Of a DNA stretch of 46,574 bases, positions 1 to 11,920 are shown one piece after another. The stretch covers positions 42,452,696-42,499,269 of the forward strand of contig NC_068995.1 in the NCBI RefSeq assembly GCF_001194135.2, written 5' to 3'. Position 1 is the first letter of the stretch. Each line of letters starts with the position of its first letter. The notes under the pieces are model-generated. The model saw nothing but the letters and a program-made list of their open reading frames with translations. It searched no databases and was not told where the DNA came from. A program made the position numbers and the translations under genes. Origin of the DNA: Octopus bimaculoides. Taxonomy: Eukaryota.

Positions 1-48
1 TATATATATATATATTTACATATATATATATATACATACATATGTATG

Positions 49-91
<43 letters not shown>

Positions 92-719
92 ACTAAACAT
101 TAATGACAACAACTACAACAGCAGTAGCAAGGAAAACAAGAAGAATAACAACAACAATAATAAAAATAATTAAGGTAATGAGGATAATCATGATGACAAT
201 GAGGGTGCTATGCTAATGGGTTGAATTGCTTTTCAGGTTTTAATCGCTTTTTTGTGTGTGTGTGAGAGAGAGAGAGAATGTGTGTGTGTGTGTGAGAGAG
301 AGAGAGAATGTGTGTGTGTGTGTGTGTGTCCTGTACGCGAACGTGAGCTTCACTTTTTGCGACTTTAAAGGAAACATCAACTGTGATGTTGATGACGACG
401 ACGACGACTATGATGATGATGGTGATGGTGTATATATATATATGTATGTGTACACGTCTGCCTGTATAGTGTACGTGTATGTGTGCGGAGGGTGCGTACG
501 TGCGTGATTGTGCATGAGTAAAATTATGACTGCCATTCGTAAGCAATTATGACTTGATATCACGTGTCATGCCGTCGCCATATATTTAGAGATGCTTCTA
601 AAGTCACAAGTTCACCTAGACCTAGATCCTCACTGAGCCGTACCATCGTTGACCTCACAGAATACCAACAATGTGGGATCTGGAAGCAAAGATGTATGAA
701 CCAACACTCAGTTGCAAAT

Positions 720-850
720 TACTTAGAGCTGAGTCGACTAAGCTTAATTGAAATGAAATACTTTGATCAAGGACTCAACTCTTTACCCGGTCCAAGAATT
801 GGACCCACGATTTTAAGATCGTGAGATAAATAGCCTAACTACAAGTGCAA
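720..850 (-). mobile_element. Decayed tRNA-SINE head and central-domain fragment
   Basis: Diverged match to 1070-1195 (tgaaatgaaatactttgatcaaggactcaac...cccggtccaagaattggacc vs tgaaataaagtgtcttgctcaagaacacaac...cccggtccgggaatcgaac). Confidence 0.6.
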
Positions 851-853
851 AGT

Positions 854-1195
854 AAAGCGTAAAGACGCCCTTTCGGTCATGAATAACCATGGGATTGTCC
901 CTAGAAAGTTCCCCTCCGAGGCACAAGAACGGGCAAAGTTGTCGATGGAAGACCAGCAAACGCATATGCATGACAGCACCCCACTCTCTACGTCACTGAT
1001 GCTAGTTAAGGGAAAGGCAAAGGGTCCGATACAGCTAGCTTGGCATCAGTGACGTCGCAACTCATAGCTACGGCTGAGCGAACTGGAGCAACATGAAATA
1101 AAGTGTCTTGCTCAAGAACACAACACACAGCCCGGTCCGGGAATCGAACTGGCCACTTGATTGTGAGCCTAACGCTCTAACCACTAAATCACGAG
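854..1195 (-). mobile_element. tRNA-derived SINE (family D here), near full length
   Basis: Minus strand starts with an A-box-like TTTAGTGGTTAGAGCG and B-box GTTCGATTCC, then a central GTGTTCTTGAGCAAGACACTTTATTTCA domain shared with copies at 19.5 and 27.8 kb, then a distinct 3' tail. Confidence 0.8.
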
Positions 1196-1451
1196 TATTC
1201 CCATACTACTAGGCTACTGTGAATGCTATACGAAGTATTAGCGAAATAAGCATTAATGAGGTGGTAACACATTCTGAATCTAGGCAAAAATACGTGAATT
1301 TCTGACAACAAACAGGAATATTTGTGTTTTCATCAATATTTTATTTGCATTTCACGGAGAGGCATTTCTAAGAGGAGAATCGTTTTAGTTTCACATCATA
1401 TTTATTCTACCTTTGTCTAATAATTCAATTAATATAAGTACGTGTGTGAAT

Positions 1452-1848
1452 TGTTGTTGTTGTTGGCACTCCGTCGGTTACAACATCGAGGGTTCCAGTT
1501 GATTCGATCAACGGAACAGCCTGCTCGTGAAATTAACGTGCAAGTGGCTGAGCACTCCACAGACACGTCTACCTTTAGCTTAGTTCTCGGGGAGTTTCAG
1601 CGCAACACAGAGTGTGACAAGGCTGACCCTTTGAATTACAGGTACAGCAGAAACAAGAAGTAAGAGTGAGAGAAAGTTGTGGTGAAAGAGTATAGCAGGG
1701 TTCGCCACCACCCCCTGCCGGAGCCTCGTGGAGCTCTTAGGTTTTTTCGTTCAATAAACACTCACAACGCCCGGTCTGGGAATCGAAACTGCGATCCTAT
1801 GACCGCGAGTCCGCTGCTCTAACCACAGGGCTATTGCGGCGCCTCCGC
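1452..1848 (-). mobile_element. Full-length tRNA-derived SINE (family C here) with 12-bp TSD
   Basis: Perfect direct repeat ACGTGTGTGAAT at 1440-1451 and 1849-1860. Minus-strand head has TGGTTAGAGCAG (A-box-like) and GTTTCGATTCC (B-box). (CAA)n tail. The 3' body matches copies at 19268 and 27560. Confidence 0.9.
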
Positions 1849-1918
1849 ACGTGTGTGAATACATGTGAATATATAATAATTGGAAGGCACCAATTTGTAG
1901 GACTCTGTGTTATTCGCT

Positions 1919-2117
1919 CCCGATCATTAACTAACTAGCAAACCGAGTCTGGTTTTCATTCCAAGAATCCAAGAGACGTTGACAAGCTTTGTCCAAGCAG
2001 AACAACATATAAGTATAAGTATTTACTTCATACTTTCATTTCATATTTCGAAGCCTATTCAGACAGTGGATATTTGAAATGAAAACCAGGCTCGGTTTAC
2101 CAGCTGATTATGATCGG
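1919..2117. mobile_element. MITE-like foldback element
   Basis: 1939-1964 (caaaccgagtctggttttcattccaa) is the reverse complement of 2074-2099 at about 23/26; weaker similarity extends over 1919-1971 vs 2067-2117. No ORF. Confidence 0.6.
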
Positions 2118-2337
2118 AAATGAGTAACCCTGTGTAGTGGAGATCAGAGCCTTTCAGTTGTAATGTGTTAAAGAATACTCTACGTTTCGATTTAGTCCTC
2201 AATGGCGTTATGAACAGAATGGTATACGGACAATTCTAGCTTCTCTTTAAAGATGTGCTAAATTCTTTATTTGCCTTCTTATTATGATTATATTTTACTC
2301 TCCATTAAACTCACGCACACATACACACAAACACACA

Positions 2338-2374
<37 letters not shown>

Positions 2375-2449
2375 GCGCGCGTAACTGCTTTGTTGGATCA
2401 AGGGTGGGAGGCCTGAAGTTAATACATAGGTTAATACAAATATGCTTGC

Positions 2450-2482
<33 letters not shown>

Positions 2483-2510
2483 CATATATATATGTATATA
2501 TATATGCATT

Positions 2511-2542
<32 letters not shown>

Positions 2543-2855
2543 TNNNNNNNNNNNNNNNNNNNNNNNNNNNNNNNNNNNNNNNNNNNNNNNNNNNNNNNNN
2601 NNNNNNNNNNNNNNNNNNNNNNNNNNNNNNNNNNNNNNNNNNNNNNNNNNNNNNNNNNNNNNNNNNNNNNNNNNNNNNNNNNNNNNNNNNNNNNNNNNNN
2701 NNNNNNNNNNNNNNNNNNNNNNNNNNNNNNNNNNNNNNNNNNNNNNNNNNNNNNNNNNNNNNNNNNNNNNNNNNNNNNNNNNNNNNNNNNNNNNNNNNNN
2801 NNNNNNNNNNNNNNNNNNNNNNNNNNNNNNNNNNNNNNNNNNNNNNNNNNNNNNN

Positions 2856-2901
<46 letters not shown>

Positions 2902-3200
2902 ATATAGTATCTGCGTCTGTGTCTGTGTGTTTAGAAAATAGGTGTGTAAAAATGGATATATATATATATATTAAAAGTAGAACACTCGGAGGAGTACTTT
3001 ATGTGATAAATAGGAAATAATGGCTTCTTGTCACATTAAATTAAGGCTTTGTCCAGCTACAGACGCCTACATTCACACACTCATAATCACATTGATAAGC
3101 ATGTTTATTGATAAATATATATACCCGTATCTGAACACACACGCGTTAATATATACATTAAAAACTACACCTTTTCTCGTTCTCTATCGTACATACATTC

Positions 3201-3231
<31 letters not shown>

Positions 3232-3808
3232 GACACACACACACAGAGAGAAACAAACACATGTAAATTCATAAGCGTGCGCACACACACACACACAAGC
3301 ATACACATACACATATATACATATTTATATATACAGACATACGTAGAAACATCATTACATACATACATACACGCATGCATACTTACATACAGCTAAACAA
3401 ATATATTTCCACACAGCTATGTTACATATATACAAGTATGTATACATACATAATTTTTCACACTTACATCTCCATATATACGTGTATACACATGTGCGTG
3501 CGCACACACACTCATACACATATACACACACATATATATAAAGTATTCTAAATCCGTTCGTGTTGTAGGTTTCATCTCCTTAACACATGTCCAGATCATT
3601 CCTCTTGTACGTCATTCATTAATCTTCATGTTGAAACGTCGGTTTCCGTGATTCAAATTTCCTCTCTCTCCAAACCATATCTGTATTTTTCTTCTCTGCT
3701 CTATTGTTTTCTGTTTTTTCTTTTCTTTTTCTTTTTCAATTTCTTGAAAATATTCCTCAATATTTGGTTTCATTCTTGATGTACTCTCTGTCTCTGTCTG
3801 TCTGTCTG

Positions 3809-3848
<40 letters not shown>

Positions 3849-3938
3849 TCACTTAACTTTTTTCTTTCTCTCACTTCTCCCCCGTTAATCTCTGTCTCAT
3901 CCTGTTTTCCACTGTGTGTGTCTCTCTCTCTCTCTCTC

Positions 3939-3972
<34 letters not shown>

Positions 3973-5210
3973 NNNNNNNNNNNNNNNNNNNNNNNNNNNN
4001 NNNNNNNNNNNNNNNNNNNNNNNNNNNNNNNNNNNNNNNNNNNNNNNNNNNNNNNNNNNNNNNNNNNNNNNNNNNNNNNNNNNNNNNNNNNNNNNNNNNN
4101 NNNNNNNNNNNNNNNNNNNNNNNNNNNNNNNNNNNNNNNNNNNNNNNNNNNNNNNNNNNNNNNNNNNNNNNNNNNNNNNNNNNNNNNNNNNNNNNNNNNN
4201 NNNNNNNNNNNNNNNNNNNNNNNNNNNNNNNNNNNNNNNNNNNNNNNNNNNNNNNNNNNNNNNNNNNNNNNNNNNNNNNNNNNNNNNNNNNNNNNNNNNN
4301 NNNNNNNNNNNNNNNNNNNNNNNNNNNNNNNNNNNNNNNNNNNNNNNNNNNNNNNNNNNNNNNNNNNNNNNNNNNNNNNNNNNNNNNNNNNNNNNNNNNN
4401 NNNNNNNNNNNNNNNNNNNNNNNNNNNNNNNNNNNNNNNNNNNNNNNNNNNNNNNNNNNNNNNNNNNNNNNNNNNNNNNNNNNNNNNNNNNNNNNNNNNN
4501 NNNNNNNNNNNNNNNNNNNNNNNNNNNNNNNNNNNNNNNNNNNNNNNNNNNNNNNNNNNNNNNNNNNNNNNNNNNNNNNNNNNNNNNNNNNNNNNNNNNN
4601 NNNNNNNNNNNNNNNNNNNNNNNNNNNNNNNNNNNNNNNNNNNNNNNNNNNNNNNNNNNNNNNNNNNNNNNNNNNNNNNNNNNNNNNNNNNNNNNNNNNN
4701 NNNNNNNNNNNNNNNNNNNNNNNNNNNNNNNNNNNNNNNNNNNNNNNNNNNNNNNNNNNNNNNNNNNNNNNNNNNNNNNNNNNNNNNNNNNNNNNNNNNN
4801 NNNNNNNNNNNNNNNNNNNNNNNNNNNNNNNNNNNNNNNNNNNNNNNNNNNNNNNNNNNNNNNNNNNNNNNNNNNNNNNNNNNNNNNNNNNNNNNNNNNN
4901 NNNNNNNNNNNNNNNNCCGCTAGTCTGTCTCACAATAATACAATAAACCACTTCACTGACATCCCGAAACGAGGCCACGTAATCTCATCACCTCAAGTGT
5001 TATTTTCACTCAAGTCTCGTCAAAATCTCTTCTCGCTATGCAATTTACTGAAGCCATGTTGCTGATATTTGGTGAAAGCCACAACGACAGCCAGCGTCAC
5101 TGTCAACGTCGGTATTGAAGGATTTTTCGTTGTTGTAGTTGTTGTTCTTGTTGATGACGATAATGATGATGACGATGTTGTATGTGTGTGTGTGTGTGTG
5201 TTAATGTATA

Positions 5211-5445
5211 CTCTTTTACTTTTTTTACTCTTTTACTTGTTTCCATCATTTGACTGCGGCCATTCTGGAGCACCGCCTTTAGTCGAGCAAATCGACCCCA
5301 TAACTTATTTCTTAAGCCTAGTACTTATTCTGTCGTTCTCTTTTGCCGAACCACTAATTTGCAGGGACGTAAACACACAAACACCGGTTTCCAAACTGTC
5401 CCGGTGTGATGGGAGTGGGGACAAACACAGACACAGACGCACACA
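5211..5445 (-). mobile_element. 3' half of long tRNA-SINE (family B here)
   Basis: Matches 26425-26665 and the reverse complement of 45720-45931 (tgactgcggccat..., agtacttattct, ttttgccgaacc); (CTTTTA)-type tail. Confidence 0.8.
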
Positions 5446-5497
5446 CTCACAGATAGACACACTCACAGATACACACACACATACATAAATATATACG

Positions 5498-5847
5498 TAC
5501 CTCGTCAGAGTAATGCGAAATGTCTCCTGCATGTGCGACCCTACAGAATTAAAGAGACATATACAACATTTCGTCCACCGCATGCAGTTCTCGGGTTACA
5601 GCCATAAAGAAAGGATCAGGGTTTACAAAGGAGCTATGAAGAAGTTTGAAACAATCAAACGCAACGATAGGAATGGGATTTGCCCACTCTATAGGAGCAA
5701 ATCATGGAACACCATAGAAAGAACTAAGAAGAAAATAGGGAAGGCAAGCTCATGGTACAATAGCCACAAGTACCAAAGCGTCATGTTCGTCGACACCACC
5801 CCTAGAGGCGAACTGGCGTACCGCTTTAGAAGGGCCCTAGACAAACT
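5498..5847 (+). pseudogene. Penelope-like retroelement ORF fragment (RT thumb/linker region upstream of GIY-YIG), 5'-truncated and running into a gap
   Basis: Open frame YLVRVMRNVS...RMQFSGYSHKERIRVYKGA...PLYRSKSW...WY...SVMFVDTTPRGELA. The SGY / PLYR..W / WY / SV.FV..TP..EL pattern is one I recognise from PLE proteins (memory, no BLAST). It is complex, more GC-rich sequence among microsatellites. Confidence 0.75.
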
Positions 5848-6796
5848 NNNNNNNNNNNNNNNNNNNNNNNNNNNNNNNNNNNNNNNNNNNNNNNNNNNNN
5901 NNNNNNNNNNNNNNNNNNNNNNNNNNNNNNNNNNNNNNNNNNNNNNNNNNNNNNNNNNNNNNNNNNNNNNNNNNNNNNNNNNNNNNNNNNNNNNNNNNNN
6001 NNNNNNNNNNNNNNNNNNNNNNNNNNNNNNNNNNNNNNNNNNNNNNNNNNNNNNNNNNNNNNNNNNNNNNNNNNNNNNNNNNNNNNNNNNNNNNNNNNNN
6101 NNNNNNNNNNNNNNNNNNNNNNNNNNNNNNNNNNNNNNNNNNNNNNNNNNNNNNNNNNNNNNNNNNNNNNNNNNNNNNNNNNNNNNNNNNNNNNNNNNNN
6201 NNNNNNNNNNNNNNNNNNNNNNNNNNNNNNNNNNNNNNNNNNNNNNNNNNNNNNNNNNNNNNNNNNNNNNNNNNNNNNNNNNNNNNNNNNNNNNNNNNNN
6301 NNNNNNNNNNNNNNNNNNNNNNNNNNNNNNNNNNNNNNNNNNNNNNNNNNNNNNNNNNNNNNNNNNNNNNNNNNNNNNNNNNNNNNNNNNNNNNNNNNNN
6401 NNNNNNNNNNNNNNNNNNNNNNNNNNNNNNNNNNNNNNNNNNNNNNNNNNNNNNNNNNNNNNNNNNNNNNNNNNNNNNNNNNNNNNNNNNNNNNNNNNNN
6501 NNNNNNNNNNNNNNNNNNNNNNNNNNNNNNNNNNNNNNNNNNNNNNNNNNNNNNNNNNNNNNNNNNNNNNNNNNNNNNNNNNNNNNNNNNNNNNNNNNNN
6601 NNNNNNNNNNNNNNNNNNNNNNNNNNNNNNNNNNNNNNNNNNNNNNNNNNNNNNNNNNNNNNNNNNNNNNNNNNNNNNNNNNNNNNNNNNNNNNNNNNNN
6701 NNNNNNNNNNNNNNNNNNNNNNNNNNNNNNNNNNNNNNNNNNNNNNNNNNNNNNNNNNNNNNNNNNNNNNNNNNNNNNNNNNNNNNNNNNNNNNNN

Positions 6797-6829
<33 letters not shown>

Positions 6830-7191
6830 TAAGAAATAATTTTGCTTCTTATTATGGAAACGAAAATGGTTTATAGGACTGCAAAAAGAAGTGCTCAAAG
6901 GAAATTGAGACAGTGACAAAAAACATTGATTAGAGAACAAACATCAAATTCGGGCCAACGATTTTACATAACACCACACTGTCATTCATTCCATCATATA
7001 CAAATATTACCATAGCTTTCAACATATCAAAGGAATACATATATAAAAGCACAGAAGGTAAAAAATATTTATGCACATAAAAATACAAGATATATAGAAA
7101 TACCTGTCAAGAAAAGGTATATATAAATCAACTAAAATAGGTAATCAAAATGAATTCCTAAAACAAGTCAATCGACCAAAATATATCAATG

Positions 7192-7349
7192 GACGGGCTT
7201 GTTTCAGTTTCCGTCTACCACATCCACTAACATGGCTTTGGTCAGCCCGAAGCTATAGTAGAAGACACTTCTCCAAGGTGCTACGCATGTGGACTAAACC
7301 CGCGACGATGAGGTTGGGAAGCAAGCTTCTAACCACATAGCCTAGCCTG
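7192..7349 (-). mobile_element. 5' half (tRNA head and central domain) of family B SINE
   Basis: Reverse complement matches 29834-29977 and 11753-11920 (gcaccttggagaagtgtcttctactatagc...gtggtagacggaaactgaaa). Confidence 0.8.
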
Positions 7350-7353
7350 TTTA

Positions 7354-7444
<91 letters not shown>

Positions 7445-7967
7445 ATTTCCATGTACGGATAAAGGATGTATATTCTGTACAATTTTTATAACTGAAGTCT
7501 TTTTATGATCATTTGATGTTGGAAACAAGCGGCACCAATAACAAAAACTACAATAATAATAACAATAATANNNNNNNNNNNNNNNNNNNNNNNNNNNNNN
7601 NNNNNNNNNNNNNNNNNNNNNNNNNNNNNNNNNNNNNNNNNNNNNNNNNNNNNNNNNNNNNNNNNNNNNNNNNNNNNNNNNNNNNNNNNNNNNNNNNNNN
7701 NNNNNNNNNNNNNNNNNNNNNNNNNNNNNNNNNNNNNNNNNNNNNNNNNNNNNNNNNNNNNNNNNNNNNNNNNNNNNNNNNNNNNNNNNNNNNNNNNNNN
7801 NNNNNNNNNNNNNNNNNNNNNNNNNNNNNNNNNNNNNNNNNNNNNNNNNNNNNNNNNNNNNNNNNNNNNNNNNNNNNNNNNNNNNNNNNNNNNNNNNNNN
7901 NNNNNNNNNNNNNNNNNNNNNNNNNNNNNNNNNNNNNNNNNNTTCATTCCACCAAAAAAAAAAAAAA

Positions 7968-8025
7968 CCTTTCAATACGATGCCCAAGCATGGCCGCAGT
8001 GTATTGACTGAAACGAATAAAAAGG
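7968..8025 (+). mobile_element. Family B SINE 3'-end fragment
   Basis: gcatggccgcagtgtattgactgaaacgaataaaa matches the family B terminus seen at 5211-5270 (reverse complement) and 45890-45931. Confidence 0.6.
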
Positions 8026-8060
8026 CAATTGTATAAAACATCGTTAAAATATTTTTGTAC

Positions 8061-8305
8061 TGTATAAGTATTTTATGTCTTTATTGCCCACAGGGGGCTA
8101 AACATAGAAGGGACAAACAAGGACAGACAAAGGGATTAAGTCGATTACATCGACCCCGGTGCGTAACTGGTACTTATTTAATCGACCCCGAAAGGATGAA
8201 AAGCAAAGTCTTCCTTGGCAGAATTTGAACTCAGAACGTAACGGCAGACTAAGTACTGCTAAGCATTTCGCCCGACGTGCTAACGATTCTGCCAGCTCGT
8301 CGCCC
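8061..8305 (-). mobile_element. Full-length tRNA-SINE (family A here, tail type 1)
   Basis: Close match to 34170-34396, with the conserved domain ctttgc(c/t)tttcatcctttcggggtcgat. Imperfect flanking repeat ttaaaatatttttgtac (8044-8060) / ttaacaagtttttgtac (8306-8322). Confidence 0.85.
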
Positions 8306-8539
8306 TTAACAAGTTTTTGTACAAAACCTTGTATGGACCCCCAATGGTGATATGTACCCTGATTGAGGACCACTATTTTAGGTCATTTTAAGACAGATTA
8401 GCTATGGGTTGTGATCTCACGTTGGCTTGATTTGAACTGCTAGGTACTAAACAACAACAACATCACAACCATCATAACCAATATCACCAATGGCAACAAT
8501 CACCACCATCGCTTCCATCAGCAACGTTACGTCCATTAC

Positions 8540-8555
8540 TGTCACTACTACTACA

Positions 8556-8625
<70 letters not shown>

Positions 8626-8631
8626 TTACTC

Positions 8632-8695
<64 letters not shown>
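8540..8695. repeat. (CTA)n/(CTG)n microsatellite
   Basis: Seen directly. Confidence 0.95.
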
Positions 8696-8947
8696 CCCTG
8701 TTTTTCCTGATCATCCATCACTATGTCTGGACACATATATACGGTATAGCTAAAAGCGGGCCTCTTACTTCCGGTGTGACGACACACTTCCGAGTAGGTG
8801 AACGCTACTGTTTGGGTGTGGTCACTGTTGGATTTCACATGACAAACAAACGAACGAAACGCTGTTGGCCGGTCAAGAGGGAAACTGATCGAACATCGAT
8901 TCGTCCTCAAGTACATGCAGCAGCGACGGCAACGGCTGCGGCAGCAT

Positions 8948-8982
<35 letters not shown>

Positions 8983-9536
8983 ATAGTAGTAGTAGTAGTA
9001 AAAGTATGTGTGTGTGTATGTATATATGTATATAGTAGTAGTAGTAGTAGTAGTGGCAGCAGCAACAACAGTTGTGACAGAATTGGTATTGATGCCGTGG
9101 TATATATCGCAGATGTTGATGAGGCTGTTGATATTATTCTCACTTTATTTTATAAAGGAATTATTCATCTTACTGTTGTTAGTGATTCAGTAGTTGTAGT
9201 GGCAGCAGCAGCAGCAGCAGAAGCAGTAGTAGTAGTAGTAGTAGTAGTTGTTGTAGTCGTTGTTGTTGTTGTCGCTGTTGTTGTTGCTCTTGTTTGTGTC
9301 GCGCTTCAGTTGTAGTAGATGTTGTAGTAGTAGTAGTAGTAGTTGCTGTTGTTGTTATTTTTGTTGTTGTTGTTGTAGTGGTGTCGGTGGTCGTGGTGAT
9401 GGTGGTCGTGGTGGTGGTAGAAGTGGTTGTTGTCGTTGTAGTTGCTCTGCCCTCTAAATCAATACGGGCTTTACTAATTATACATATGGCATACGCGTAG
9501 ATAGCAAGTATGCGCATACATACACACACACACACA

Positions 9537-9612
<76 letters not shown>

Positions 9613-10441
9613 AACACACGCACACACACACATATACACAAACGCACACAAACGCACACTCACACACACACAGACACACACTGACACGTACGCTCACACA
9701 CACACACACACACACAAACACACAAACACTGACACGCACACACTGGCGTAATCTGCGGAAAGTATTCCATATTTTATGTGGTATATCTGAGTTGCATTCA
9801 TCATCGTCTAAGTTAAAGAGACAAACATCGCAGGACCAGTTATCAGTTTTGTTGTTGTTTCACTCCAAAGGACTGAATATCCCGCTTAGAAGACCGACCT
9901 ACGCCTGAAGCCTGCAGTACATAAGAAGACGTAGGTTCGGTTCGTGTGTGCATGTGTCACTGTCTCCCTCGTTTTCCTCACTCCCACTTCGTGCGCGTGT
10001 GTGTGTTTGTAGATATACACACACACACACATAATATATGCACAAATATAAACATTATAAAACCAACTTATATATATGTATATATATATATATATNNNNN
10101 NNNNNNNNNNNNNNNNNNNNNNNNNNNNNNNNNNNNNNNNNNNNNNNNNNNNNNNNNNNNNNNNNNNNNNNNNNNNNNNNNNNNNNNNNNNNNNNNNNNN
10201 NNNNNNNNNNNNNNNNNNNNNNNNNNNNNNNNNNNNNNNNNNNNNNNNNNNNNNNNNNNNNNNNNNNNNNNNNNNNNNNNNNNNNNNNNNNNNNNNNNNN
10301 NNNNNNNNNNNNNNNNNNNNNNNNNNNNNNNNNNNNNNNNNNNNNNNNNNNNNNNNNNNNNNNNNNNNNNNNNNNNNNNNNNNNNNNNNNNNNNNNNNNN
10401 NNNNNNNNNNNNNNNNNNNNNNNNNNNNNNNNNNNNNNNNN

Positions 10442-10501
<60 letters not shown>

Positions 10502-10519
10502 ACAGTTATTCGGTTGCCA

Positions 10520-10582
10520 TAATAAAACTCCGAGTTTCAGATGGCGGGGCGGAAATCTGCTCCGGTATCTCTTCAGTTATTA
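10520..10582 (-). ncRNA. PLE-type hammerhead ribozyme candidate with long stem II
   Basis: Minus strand: UAAUAA-CUGAAGA-(31 nt)-GAAA-CUCGGAG-UU-UUAUUA. Stem I is 6 bp and stem III is ACUC-G-GAGU; the base of stem II pairs imperfectly. Confidence 0.6.
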
Positions 10583-11383
10583 AGACGAACAAAAATGCTA
10601 TGAAAATTACCCTTAAACAAAGGGAAATTACTATGAAGATGACCGTTATTAAGATAAACAAAAGAGCTTTTAGGATGGCCGTTAAATAAATGGAAAAAAC
10701 CCTAATAGGTAGAAAGTAAAAAACGGTCACAGAATTCGCGTATGCGCGCATGTACATACATATTCGTTGAGTGTTCGGGCATTGCCGACATCTGAATTTA
10801 TGTCGTAGAGCTGCTAACGCATGTAAGAAGGAAAAGTCTATCGACAGGAATGATTGCCCGTCACCCTCCTCTAACTGTGCAGAGAAGCAGTCCTTTGACT
10901 GAGGACTATTGCTAGAGAGATTGTCTTGTAGACGATGCTGAAATGCATGAGAGCAAAGAGAGTCTTCATTGGTAGATCCCTCATCGACTTCTTCAAATTT
11001 CAATTGAAATGGAATGTGAGAGTAAAGAAGAAGGTACTATATTCGAATTTATTGGAAGGTGAATGAAAATTGCAAAAATGGAAAAGAGTGAATGGCACCG
11101 CTCTAAGTGTAGAACTATCACTCGGAAAAACTGAAACCAGAAAGGGCGCTTGCTATTAGTACTCAGGTAGATCTTAGATGGAGGGTTGGTTCCTCAATTG
11201 TCCTTAGAGTTCCTCTTGTATCAAGGAGGATCCCAGTGCACTTCTTCCCTTCGTTTTTATTGTATACACTCTTTAACTTTCTACGATTGTTTTTATTTTT
11301 GCTAATCATTTCTTTTTGTTAAACCCCACACTTTTAAGTCCGACTTTGTATTGCCCCCACATGTGTCACCCTTGGGGAATATG

Positions 11384-11386
<3 letters not shown>

Positions 11387-11426
<40 letters not shown>

Positions 11427-11524
11427 GATCGTCATCGTCATCATCATCATCATCATCATCGTCATCATCATCGTCATTGTCATAATCATCATCGTCATCG
11501 TCACCGTCACCGTCATCGTCATCG

Positions 11525-11574
<50 letters not shown>

Positions 11575-11707
11575 GTCATCATCATCGTCATTGTCATAAT
11601 CATCATCATCATCATCGTCATCGTCACCGTCACCGTCATCGTCATCATCATCATCATCATCATCATCATGATCGTCATCGTCATCATCATCATCATCATC
11701 ATCATCG

Positions 11708-11739
<32 letters not shown>

Positions 11740-11746
11740 GTCATCA
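11387..11746. repeat. (CAT/CGT)n compound microsatellite with internal higher-order duplication
   Basis: The variant block cattgtcataat recurs at 11475 and 11589 (period about 114 bp). Confidence 0.95.
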
Positions 11747-11752
11747 CCTTAT

Positions 11753-11920
11753 AAGCGCAGGCACGGCTGTTTTAGTAAGAAGCTTGGTTCCTAACCACGT
11801 GGTGTTTCCGTGTTCAGTCCCACTGCATGGCACCTTCGATAATTCTCTTCTCTAACCTCGGGTCGACCAAAGCTTTGTAAGTGGATTTGGTAGACGGAAA
11901 ACGAAAGAAGCCCACCGTCG
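11753..11920 (+). mobile_element. Family B SINE 5' half
   Basis: Matches 29834-29977 (gttcagtcccactgc, gtggatttggtagacgg). Confidence 0.8.

Noticed and set aside
9893-9942. Small hairpin ccgacctacg / cgtaggttcgg
   Set aside because: No ribozyme core and no second copy in the window; isolated 10-bp stems are common.
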